The notes under the pieces were generated by a model. The model ran no database searches, had not been told where the DNA came from, and worked only from the letters and a program-made list of their open reading frames with translations. This document shows positions 8,001-16,531 of a stretch of DNA of 64,000 bases, in pieces. The stretch lies in IMG/VR virus record IMGVR_UViG_3300028895_000202, positions 6,930 to 70,929 of that record. One strand, written 5' to 3'. Position numbers and translations under genes: made by a program. How positions within the stretch are numbered: the stretch's first letter is position 1; each line of letters begins with the position of its first letter. Origin of the DNA: a virus.

Positions 8001-10662
8001 AATAACTACCGCAGTGCTTGAGACCACTGCCGCGTACCTCGATCTGCTGAAACCAGTGATAGCGTGGGCCCAGCTAGTTGGAGAAGAGATAGCTACTGCG
8101 GTAACGGACCTACTTGACGGCCAGGGGTCAGCTGTGCGTACCATAAACAGTGCCGCACGGATGTCTGGCACTGTCAGTGAAGGCTACGCGGAGCAGCTAA
8201 GGGGAGAAATCTCCAGCCTTATTGCTGAACAAGAACGGCTCAAGTCCGCGCTGGACGCATTCAAGGAGAGGGGGGAGATTGATGAGTCCCTGGGGCGGGA
8301 GGTCATAGGAAGAGAGAGGTTTGACGAGCTTGGTGGTATGAAGCGTATCACTTATCAATACGAGCTTCATGACAAGTGGCAAGAGGCTATCTACGAGAAG
8401 CGAAAGAAGATGGCGGAGCTTACCGCCATCGAGTTGCGTCTAACGACTAATCGTCTTAACGCGGAGTCAGCTGCGGCAGACAAGCGTATAGAGGATCTTA
8501 AGAAGGCTGCCTCCGGAGAGGCGTTCGACCAGTACAACAGCAGATTTGAGAAGACTGGTGAGGCAGTACGCAAAGCGATTAATTCTGTATTGACCTCGCT
8601 TGGTGCAACTGAGTCCTCTACAGACAAGCTGCTAGACGGCTTTATCGACGGTGTCCGTGAACTGGCTATAGCCGCTTTTGAATCGAGCAAGCCTGTAAAC
8701 GACGCTGCCCAGGGTGTAACCAACTATGTCGAGGCTGTAAACGGCTCTGCAAAGGCTGTAACCGACTATGTTCAGCTGGTGCAAGACGCATCTGACGCCG
8801 CAGAGGACTTCGGCGGGACAAGCCTCGGGCTCGCCCCAGAAGAGGCTGAGAAGGTAGATGATATTCTAAGGAGGCTTACTCGACAGTATGAAGACTTGCG
8901 TAGAGAGACGGTCGGTGTATTCGATCCAGCGAGGGCCGAGATAGAGCAACTGTCAGCTACGACAAGTCGCGAAGTAGAAGACATCAGCCGCGAGTTGAAC
9001 CAAATTGGTGCGACCCCCGAGCAACTTGCCAACTTTGATAGCCTGAAGGAAAAGCTAAAGGAGGCTCGCGAGGTTCTACTACAGACGCGGAGAGACAGGG
9101 CTGCCGAAGACCTGATTCGTACCCTAAGCCGTGGGGCAGAGGATGCCAAGCGCTCGATGGAAGCTGCGTCGTCCTACGTGCCAAGCCTAGGCCAGATGGC
9201 TGACGAGCAGGCTCGCTATGCACGGGAGGTCGAGGACACGGTTCGTCAGATGCGCGAGCTTGGTATGTCACAAGAAGACATAAAGATCTCGAAAGCCTTT
9301 GCGTTTGATATTGGTCCATTCAAGGGCATAAAAGAAGCAATAGCTGGCATCCGTGTAGCAACAGCCCGAGCCGTGGAGGATGCCATTCGGCTAGGCGCCA
9401 GTCTGCAAGAGATCGAACAAATCGAACTCAAGGGCAAGCTGCAGGAAGATCTGGCTGTGATTGAAGCGGCGCAGAGCGCGGCAAGCGGGTTCGGCTCTGC
9501 AATCACCGGGGCAATCCGCAGCGGTATTGAGGAGGGCAAGAAGTTCAGGGAGGTCATCGGTGACGTGATGCTGGCCGCGTCCGAGAAGATCGTCACTGAG
9601 ATCGCAATCAGGCCTATCGAGAACATCCTGGACAACGCCCTGGCGGGCCTTTTCGAGGGCATGATTGCAAACCAAGTGACGATCACGGCGACTAACGTCA
9701 CGCTGGCTGGTGCTGGGCTTGCCGCTGGTGCTCCTGGTGCGGTTGGTGCTGCTGGTGCGGTTGGTGCTCCTGGCGCTGGGGTATACGGCCCGCCGCTACC
9801 GGGGGTATACGGCCCGCCGCTACCGCCCGCCACCCCATCAGTTGATGCGGTAATAGGCGAAACCCTGCCAGGGGCAGCAGCAGGCGCCATTGATACAAGC
9901 GGCATCGAGGCCATGAATGCGGCTGCCGCCAATGGCGCTACGCAAGTCGCTGACATGGCTACCGCAGCGACCGCAGCCAGTGTAGCTACGTCAGGTCAAG
10001 AGGCTGCGGCCCTACTCGGCACTGTGGCCCAGCAGGCTGAATCAACTGAAGAAACCAAAGCTGCATTTATTGAGCAGGCAGAGGCTCAGGCTAGTCAGCA
10101 GGCAGCAGCTGCGGCGGTGACGCTGGCCGCCGCGATGAAAGCGGCAGCTGCTTCGGCGGTGATCAGCGCCAAGGGAAACATCTTCGGCGCGAGCGGTGTG
10201 GTTAAGGCGTTTGCGAAGGGAGGTGTTCCGGGAGGAGGCCTGCGCGGCAGGTTCGGTGACATGCTCACCAATGGGCCCGTGGCATTCCCATTAGGGCTGG
10301 CCGGTGAGGCTGGTCCGGAAGCCATTGTGCCTGTAAGCCGTCGTGGCGGGTCGTTCACCATGGGGACCGCCGACGGTAGGCAAATACCGCTGACGAGAGA
10401 CACGAGCGGAAACCTTGTGGCCGATCTGGCTGGCATGTCTAGTAGAAATACAAGGAAGTTCGCGAGCGGGGCCATCCTTGCCAATGGCAGGCAAATGGAG
10501 CCACACGGGGGTTCAACTTCCGGTTATAATGGTGGCACTGTAGTAAATCAGACCATCAACATTCAAACCAAGGATGCAGATAGCTTCCGAAGGTCTGAGC
10601 GTCAGGTTCAGTCCCAGCTACGCAAGTCTGTATCGCGAGCTAACAACGTCGGTCAAGGATGA
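5032..10662 (+). CDS. Tape measure protein
   Basis: 1876 aa, Ala-rich and helical; TP901-like core (EFETALVNISKT); C-terminal AKGN..FAKGG..LAGEAGPEAIVP motif; synteny. Confidence 0.93.
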   Translation: MADIATLSIKIDTADIKRAKGELTALEASVKAISKARINPGTALGIRDIVDAMSQLDKVNYVRVRTTMASVSNLSKVLNSLPTRALPSRAIASLATSLQELSRVDGAKLTRVTTAIAALGPAMDTLKGAAGLRPATLGNLAKSLVAISAINGGQVAESAKGVRALGAALRSMPAKAGTSPAAISNLAKSLEAISKINGGKVAESSKGMRALGAALQAMPAKAGTSPAAISNLAKSLAAISRINGGKVTEAAAGMRALSAALQAMPTKVGTSPTAISNLSKALRQISNLSGQKLVDISNSMRQLGQGLSAFSGVRFRPKSISNFAVALTELSRVDAAKLRAVAKALSQIERTGTGRSIEALTKSALQAARSIEQLQVRTKRLESRLNPARVTAFGRALSFVGSAAGGAVGAIRRTVSSITTLGAKMRTFRANILNVGAGFLVFSFLQRSVVQLIKPIREFETALVNISKTTNLTGRDLQDLSDELLSIASNSVATTDQLLQVAGIAGQLGVKGRSDILKFADTVTRLADAAPSLRGSFEQTALQLARVLNITGEGIGKVDRLASTVLKLGNNFEALESTILKTTIEVAAASAAFGVTSADAAALATALARVSVPPERGRTAIITTMKAISDALRSTGEDAQNFNQIIGTGSVKALQELFKNDPTEAFLKLVEGLRAVRDGGGDVTATLNRLGLNSIRTQTSILALLGSTEKFRRALSLAREEFATTGDELERVTRLASDRLDAAFVRLTNTFRGLLIEFSKTSGLETALRDSLELISDIARSISPNTVDQVGQFAGNVKRLRDQLLGVKKDDALNSAFSNLENYRELIGKIGDFVRSVSGGVITTAASFASLFLASRALSIGLSTVLSPLGLISLGITGAVGLLDKFGDKALRVGDQFVRLRDVVKAIGQESARRLESFIQVVGEIASKQSALTSAVLEDILSIDESKPGDVFDRILDAADMAVEYIGDQWVTTLAKVETSLLKIGNSMRSITTAVLETTAAYLDLLKPVIAWAQLVGEEIATAVTDLLDGQGSAVRTINSAARMSGTVSEGYAEQLRGEISSLIAEQERLKSALDAFKERGEIDESLGREVIGRERFDELGGMKRITYQYELHDKWQEAIYEKRKKMAELTAIELRLTTNRLNAESAAADKRIEDLKKAASGEAFDQYNSRFEKTGEAVRKAINSVLTSLGATESSTDKLLDGFIDGVRELAIAAFESSKPVNDAAQGVTNYVEAVNGSAKAVTDYVQLVQDASDAAEDFGGTSLGLAPEEAEKVDDILRRLTRQYEDLRRETVGVFDPARAEIEQLSATTSREVEDISRELNQIGATPEQLANFDSLKEKLKEAREVLLQTRRDRAAEDLIRTLSRGAEDAKRSMEAASSYVPSLGQMADEQARYAREVEDTVRQMRELGMSQEDIKISKAFAFDIGPFKGIKEAIAGIRVATARAVEDAIRLGASLQEIEQIELKGKLQEDLAVIEAAQSAASGFGSAITGAIRSGIEEGKKFREVIGDVMLAASEKIVTEIAIRPIENILDNALAGLFEGMIANQVTITATNVTLAGAGLAAGAPGAVGAAGAVGAPGAGVYGPPLPGVYGPPLPPATPSVDAVIGETLPGAAAGAIDTSGIEAMNAAAANGATQVADMATAATAASVATSGQEAAALLGTVAQQAESTEETKAAFIEQAEAQASQQAAAAAVTLAAAMKAAAASAVISAKGNIFGASGVVKAFAKGGVPGGGLRGRFGDMLTNGPVAFPLGLAGEAGPEAIVPVSRRGGSFTMGTADGRQIPLTRDTSGNLVADLAGMSSRNTRKFASGAILANGRQMEPHGGSTSGYNGGTVVNQTINIQTKDADSFRRSERQVQSQLRKSVSRANNVGQG
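5430..5900 (+). repeat. 138-bp (46-aa) tandem repeat inside TMP, about 3.5 copies
   Basis: ATGCC(T/A)..AAGG.. (MPAKAGTSPAAISNL-type) units start at 5545, 5683 and 5821. Confidence 0.85.
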
Positions 10663-11672
10663 GTTTCCACGAATCAGCAACCTTCCCCGAGAAGATAGCA
10701 GCGGGCTCAGAGCGCATCAGCCGGTTTAATACTCGCGTATTTACGCACGATAACGGTGCATCTACGCGAATCGCTGGATGGAGCCAGCCTCTGTTGTCGT
10801 TTGACGTGTCTCGCGGGCTTGATTTCCAGGAAGACGTAGCTGAGCTAGAGAGATTCTGGAGGGCGAGGCGCGGTGCTACGTTTGGTTTTCGGTTCAAGGA
10901 CTGGTGGGATTACCACACCAATCCCACCGGGACTACCCATAACCCGGGTGACTACACCGATTCTACGGACCAGCTAACTCACACCAAGGGCCGTCTTCTG
11001 CCAGTCGAGGACTCGCTATCCGGCGGGCTATACTACGCGGCACAGCTGTGTAAACTGTATGACGATGCCGGTGTTGAGGAATACCGTGTTATCAACAAGC
11101 CAAGATCCGGCGCCGTCATCTCTGGCCTCACCCACAGCGGTATCGATACGACTACTGGAATCGTCGGCACTCCGAACGGCTGGAATGAGGATAGCATACT
11201 GAACGCCAAGTGGAGGGGCCAGTTCGACGTCCCGTGTCACTTCTCGGCCAATATTGATAACCAGGGCCTATCACTGAGCGCCCAGGATTTCAACGCTAAC
11301 TCCGTTCCGTCGGTTGAGATCTACGAGATCCGGGCTGAGTTTGAAACGCCTTCTGCCGCTTATGCTGGTGGTTCTCGCGACTTTGGTGTATCGGCAAACA
11401 CGCTGCTGACTACATCTTCGGCAAACGGAAGGTTCCAGGTATTCCGCCCGTCAAGCGGCAGCACTATAACGGTCGTGGTTCTATCGCTATCCAAAGAGCC
11501 AGCCGGTGAAGGCATTCTGGTGTTGCACAACGCTGGCGAGGGCACACTCAGCGTACGCACGAGTTACGTCGATGGATCGCCAACTTCTGTCGCGTCTGGC
11601 GAGACTGCCAGGATCCACATCGTCCGCGACTATGTGTCTGGAAGCTACGAGTCCTTCACGACGGTGTCCTGA
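10659..11672 (+). CDS. Distal tail protein, DUF2460/RcGTA g12-like, with C-terminal extension
   Basis: MSFHESATFP...FWRARRGATFGFRFKDWWD...FDVPCHF; directly follows TMP. Confidence 0.85.
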   Translation: MSFHESATFPEKIAAGSERISRFNTRVFTHDNGASTRIAGWSQPLLSFDVSRGLDFQEDVAELERFWRARRGATFGFRFKDWWDYHTNPTGTTHNPGDYTDSTDQLTHTKGRLLPVEDSLSGGLYYAAQLCKLYDDAGVEEYRVINKPRSGAVISGLTHSGIDTTTGIVGTPNGWNEDSILNAKWRGQFDVPCHFSANIDNQGLSLSAQDFNANSVPSVEIYEIRAEFETPSAAYAGGSRDFGVSANTLLTTSSANGRFQVFRPSSGSTITVVVLSLSKEPAGEGILVLHNAGEGTLSVRTSYVDGSPTSVASGETARIHIVRDYVSGSYESFTTVS

Positions 11673-11675
11673 CAC

Positions 11676-14600
11676 ATGAGCCTTTCACAGAGACTACTCT
11701 ACGGGAACTCTCAGTCAGAGAGCCCTACGCTGGCATCTTCGGCCATCACCGTTGCTGGCAACACGACGATCCTGGTTGTGCGTGAGGGGTCGTCCGTATC
11801 AACGCTCACCATTACCCTACCAGCGGTAAGACAGTCCCTAGTTGGCAGGCTCATCCGAATTCTCCGCAGCCCGGCTAACGCAACCACAGTAGTTATCAAG
11901 GACGAGTCGGGCTCAACACTACAGACAATCACATCTGCCGGGTCAGTAGACAACATCGAGGTCTACCTGACTGACTACAACGGAGGCACGGGGTCCTGGG
12001 AGATCGTAGTTCCATCCACGACTTCCGTAACTCGACGCCAACCGCTGAACGTCATCATGATTAACTATGATGACTGCGGCAGGCACCAACTTCCCACCTA
12101 TTACGATCTGAACTCCTGGCCCGCAGGTTACTACCACCTGTATCCGCAGATGCCGTGGACTCAGGACCGTTGTGGAACCGTTTCTGATCAAGGTACTGAG
12201 GCCGGTACGCGGTTCGTGAACGCCCGCGTGTCTGCGCGCTGTACGCCGACACGGCAGTGCCTCGCCACCGGCAGGCAGCCGCATGTCTCGCAAACGCACC
12301 CATGGGGAAGTCGTGTGGGCAACATCCCTCAGCAGGGAGGCGTTACGCCAGAGTTCAGGACGATTAAGGGTATAACACGCGACCAAAACCCATTCCCTGT
12401 TGTTGCCAGGAACGCTGGGGCACCGCACTACTTCTTCCACATCGGAAAGATCCACGCTACTGAGCACGAGATTCGCGATGACGACAGTGACTATGTCTCT
12501 GTAGACGGGTTTGGTGTAGCCGACTTCACAAAGGCAGACGAGATCCGCACCAACTTCAAGCAGGTCATTACCGACTTTGGGTTTGACGAGTCATACAAGC
12601 TAGAACTCGCCAAGCCCGATGGCGCGGAGACAGAGCCTTACAAGGGCTACCGTGGAACGTGGAGTGGAGATGGAGCTGACACCACAACTCGCGACGCCCG
12701 CACCTTCTCCGTACACCACATCTACAGTGACACCGCCACTGCCGCTACAGGCTGGTCGGTAAACGGTACGGCGCGGCTTGGATCGAAGGTACTGCCAATC
12801 GCAGGAGGTAGCGGCCAGTTCAAGAAAGGTGACCGTATCCGCGTGTCAGGCGTCAATGGCGAGCTAATCGTCTGGGAGGATAGTGGGGCCTCACCTACGC
12901 AGATCACGCTATATCAGGGCTTGCTAGAAACGCCACGTGATGGTGCATCCATCACAGTCGTATTCCACATTGTTGGTGACGATGTGGAGAGTGGTGAGCT
13001 ATACGGCGGCAACGAGCTTGGCGGTATGCGTCGCGCAGGCTTTACCCAGCAGCGTGACCCTGGGCAAGGTGGGGCATCGCTCATCCTGGCTACGGGAGGA
13101 ACGCTAACAGAACGTCCGGACATACTGACAAGCAGCATAACAGTACACGGCACGGAGACCAGCACGAGTACCGACTACGGTGAGGATCCATACTACTTCA
13201 CCTACGAGCTTACCAAGATCAAGGAGTGCATCGACGCCTGCGCCAGCCGCAACAAGCCGTTCTTCATCGAGTGGTGGACTCACGCACCACACGGCACCCT
13301 GCCAGCTATCGAGTCAAACATAGGCCCCAACTGGAGCCGTTGTGGTGTAGCCGCTGACGGGACGACGTACTTCTTCACTGACGCTCAACACTCGGGTGGC
13401 GTAACGCCAGAGCAGTCTGTCGCGACTGGTATGCACCGTGAAGCTGACAGCGTGACTGGGCGCACGTTCAGCGCGGCAGAAGTTCAGGCAATGTGCCGTA
13501 GGTATCTACGTACCTTCAAGGACGAGGTGGTCGATGGTATCGACGTCAGCGATCCGCAGCATCCCCTGATCCAACAGGGCATCTACGCTACAGCTTCACT
13601 CGACGGGCGGATACGTATCAGTAACCTGTACAACAGGGATAAGCGATACACCGTAAGCGGTAACACAGCCAGCACCGAACCTCAGAACTTCGGGCCAGGA
13701 TACGACGCTGACGGCAACTGGGACAACAGCAGCCCATATGGTCCGCTTGGGCAGATCAGCGTCGCCTACAGGCGGATGATCGCGAACATGGAGTCCATCG
13801 ATCGCGGCTGCCAAATGCTCGATGACTGGCTTCAGCTGAACTACCCAGAGGTTCACGCCAACACGCTGTGGGTAATCCACGCCGATAACGGGCCGACAGA
13901 GTCAGACGCATCTCCACGCGCCGATTCCTGGGCATCCCATTACGACAACAGCGGAACTTCGATCTCTATCACAGGTGGTGGAGGCCCATCGCTCCGCACC
14001 CGTGGGGATCTTGTGCCAGCGAGGTGGACTACCTTGCGAGATTCGGAAGGGGACACGGCTGTCTGGGACAACTACAGCGCCTTGCCGCCCTGCGTCGGTG
14101 GGCGCGACGCGCTTACGGATCAGTTCTTTGGGTGGACTTCAGGCGTCGATAGCCCGGACATAACCTATCACAACCCCGATCACTCCAAGAACCAAGTCAA
14201 CGACGACGGCATTCTGACGCACCTGAGTGTCTGGGGTTACAACCTGCACGAGGGCGGCAACGACGCTACCGCGTTCATCGATGCATGTGACTTCTACAAG
14301 TTCGTGCTGGACATCATAGACCCGGGGTCATACGACGTCGCACTCTCTCCCGAGGGGAAGTACTACGCACAGGATTCGGTGAGCTTCGCGCCATCGCTAG
14401 CTGACCCATCCTTCGTCCCAAAGACCTCTACTCTTCATCAGATCTTTATTCCATCTGGAGGTTCTGAAGGAAACCTGCGTCGTATCGAGAGATGCGTCAT
14501 TGATGTAGCATCAAATTACAAGTTGATGCGTAGGTACAACGAGACCCTAACTGATGCATACTTCGGTGGAGTGGATAACAACGGCAGTCCACTACAGGGC

Positions 14601-15095
14601 GTCAAGTACTATAGGATCGCTGGTGGAACAATGCAGTTCCAGCTATCCGAACCAACAATAGACGTTGGGCCTGTCGAAGACGGAGAACCCGCACGTGCCG
14701 TAGCGCCCGTGCCGGAACCGATTGACGGTGATACGGTTTGGGACATCGTCAGCACTTACGGCGTCATCTACGTCCGTCTTATTGCGGAGGCCGATGATAC
14801 AACTGGCGCAATACTCGACCTGTGGAGAGATGCCGCTCTGACAACACCAGTAACGGCAGCTGGATTCACGGCCACAAGTTGGACAGAGATAAGTACGGCT
14901 GGGAACTGGGAGGTTAACTTCAAGCTATCCCGCGAGGAGTCCTGGATCTTTGATCCGGACAATACGGGCTGGTTCCTCTACAACCTCAACGACGACCCTC
15001 GTGAGACTACGAACCTATACGGGGCTGACGGATACGATAACGTGGTCTCCCTTATGCGTAACCTGTATCTGGACAAGGTCGGAAACCTGGACTGA
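11676..15095 (+). CDS. Virion-associated sulfatase-superfamily protein (S1/formylglycine type)
   Basis: PLNVIMINYDDCG, CTPTRQCLATGRQP (CxPxR), IGKIH, KPFFIEWWTHAPH, NTLWVIHADNG and LYNLNDDPRETTNL, in the canonical sulfatase order; located within the baseplate genes. Confidence 0.8.
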   Translation: MSLSQRLLYGNSQSESPTLASSAITVAGNTTILVVREGSSVSTLTITLPAVRQSLVGRLIRILRSPANATTVVIKDESGSTLQTITSAGSVDNIEVYLTDYNGGTGSWEIVVPSTTSVTRRQPLNVIMINYDDCGRHQLPTYYDLNSWPAGYYHLYPQMPWTQDRCGTVSDQGTEAGTRFVNARVSARCTPTRQCLATGRQPHVSQTHPWGSRVGNIPQQGGVTPEFRTIKGITRDQNPFPVVARNAGAPHYFFHIGKIHATEHEIRDDDSDYVSVDGFGVADFTKADEIRTNFKQVITDFGFDESYKLELAKPDGAETEPYKGYRGTWSGDGADTTTRDARTFSVHHIYSDTATAATGWSVNGTARLGSKVLPIAGGSGQFKKGDRIRVSGVNGELIVWEDSGASPTQITLYQGLLETPRDGASITVVFHIVGDDVESGELYGGNELGGMRRAGFTQQRDPGQGGASLILATGGTLTERPDILTSSITVHGTETSTSTDYGEDPYYFTYELTKIKECIDACASRNKPFFIEWWTHAPHGTLPAIESNIGPNWSRCGVAADGTTYFFTDAQHSGGVTPEQSVATGMHREADSVTGRTFSAAEVQAMCRRYLRTFKDEVVDGIDVSDPQHPLIQQGIYATASLDGRIRISNLYNRDKRYTVSGNTASTEPQNFGPGYDADGNWDNSSPYGPLGQISVAYRRMIANMESIDRGCQMLDDWLQLNYPEVHANTLWVIHADNGPTESDASPRADSWASHYDNSGTSISITGGGGPSLRTRGDLVPARWTTLRDSEGDTAVWDNYSALPPCVGGRDALTDQFFGWTSGVDSPDITYHNPDHSKNQVNDDGILTHLSVWGYNLHEGGNDATAFIDACDFYKFVLDIIDPGSYDVALSPEGKYYAQDSVSFAPSLADPSFVPKTSTLHQIFIPSGGSEGNLRRIERCVIDVASNYKLMRRYNETLTDAYFGGVDNNGSPLQGVKYYRIAGGTMQFQLSEPTIDVGPVEDGEPARAVAPVPEPIDGDTVWDIVSTYGVIYVRLIAEADDTTGAILDLWRDAALTTPVTAAGFTATSWTEISTAGNWEVNFKLSREESWIFDPDNTGWFLYNLNDDPRETTNLYGADGYDNVVSLMRNLYLDKVGNLD

Positions 15096-16105
15096 TGGCT
15101 GACCGTATTGCTCGTAGCGTCGTAGACGTGGTGACCCGCAGAGCGGTCACTTATAGCACAGCCTGGAGGGTTGAGCGCCGCGATGGCGTGATCATCGCTA
15201 TATGCAACCACTCCTCCGACGTGACGTTGCCTGACGGATACAGGTATCGTGCAGCCTTCGGCGGGGCTACGTCAGCAGTGCGACGCGAAGAGGGTATGGG
15301 TAACTCAGACGTTGAGGTGCAGAGCATCGTCAATAGCGCGTTTATCAGCTACACAGACCTTCAGCAAGGCAAATACGATGACGCTACCGTAGTCGTAAGC
15401 ATCTTCGATGCTGATAGGCCATACGCCGGTATCCTTGAGTCGAGAAGGTATCTGCTAAGGCCGAGTTCATATGGTGAGCTTGGCTGGAAGGCTACGCTTG
15501 TCGGTCTTCACGAAACTACCAGAACCGAGGTTGGTCAAACGCTATCGCCAACCTGTGTTCATGTCCTAGGGGCTGGGTACGATACTGGCAATCCCTACAT
15601 GTGTACGGTTAATCTGGCAAGGCATCCAGCCACCGTCTACGGGACAGTCGTAAGTCCAGCGTCTATTCCAGGTGAATTCACGGCTGCTAGGGCGGATGGG
15701 TATTTTGGCCGAGCGTATGTGATCGTTGACGGGGCAACACTTAACGATGCTGATGGCAACGTGCTGACAACTGTTGTGTCAGACTTCGCTAACGGGACAC
15801 TCTATTTCATGGATGGAGCTAACGTCGGAGCATCCGGGTACATCCGAGAGCATGGCAATCCTGGCGAACCAGGAACATACACAGACATTGGTGCCGGAGA
15901 TTTCGCCGTAAAGCTGCTGAACCCAATGCGCGCACCTATAGTGGGGGGCGAGCGCGTTCAGCTACGGCTTGGCTGCAATAAGCGTCTAGGCAATACGTCG
16001 TCAGACGGTCACTGCTACAACAGGTTCCAGAACACGCACCAGTTCAAGGGCGACCCAATCATCCCCGGAACCGCACCGGCCCTTAAAGTGTCCGCCGTGA
16101 ACTGA
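15095..16105 (+). CDS. Baseplate hub protein, DUF2163/RcGTA g13-like
   Basis: AWRVERRDG..., DLQQGKYDDA, C..LG...C.VNL and GCNK...C..RF.N...F.G.P.IPG motifs. Confidence 0.85.
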   Translation: MADRIARSVVDVVTRRAVTYSTAWRVERRDGVIIAICNHSSDVTLPDGYRYRAAFGGATSAVRREEGMGNSDVEVQSIVNSAFISYTDLQQGKYDDATVVVSIFDADRPYAGILESRRYLLRPSSYGELGWKATLVGLHETTRTEVGQTLSPTCVHVLGAGYDTGNPYMCTVNLARHPATVYGTVVSPASIPGEFTAARADGYFGRAYVIVDGATLNDADGNVLTTVVSDFANGTLYFMDGANVGASGYIREHGNPGEPGTYTDIGAGDFAVKLLNPMRAPIVGGERVQLRLGCNKRLGNTSSDGHCYNRFQNTHQFKGDPIIPGTAPALKVSAVN

Positions 16106-16530
16106 TGGATTACGGCAAGCAAGCACTCAGGATCGCCAGGGATCTCATCGGAACCCGCGCCGCCCTTACGTCAACGGACAAACGTAAGGGACTCTGCTGC
16201 TATGGCCTCATCTGGCACTGCCATCCACACCTACAAGACCGACTGCCCGAAGTAGACGACGTGTACAGCCTTGGTCACAAGCGCCAGATACTTGAGATCA
16301 CGAAGTATGCTGACCGAGTGAGTCGCCCGAAGCCAGGATGCGTAGCTGCCTTTAACAACAACATGCTTGGCAGAAACGGTCTATCGGAACTGCATCTAGC
16401 TGTTGTCTCCTCTGTAAGCCCGGACAGGGTAATACACGCGGATATGGGGAGTAGGAAGATAAGTGAGGATACCCTTACCGACTTGTTCTTACGGGGTCTG
16501 TCTCTGATAGGGTATTGGAGGGCTAAGTAG
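16105..16530 (+). CDS. NlpC/P60-like tail peptidase (RcGTA g14-like)
   Basis: ARDLIGT, GLCCYGLI, HLAVV and VIHA motifs; position between hub and megatron. Confidence 0.7.
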   Translation: MDYGKQALRIARDLIGTRAALTSTDKRKGLCCYGLIWHCHPHLQDRLPEVDDVYSLGHKRQILEITKYADRVSRPKPGCVAAFNNNMLGRNGLSELHLAVVSSVSPDRVIHADMGSRKISEDTLTDLFLRGLSLIGYWRAK

Positions 16531-16531
16531 T

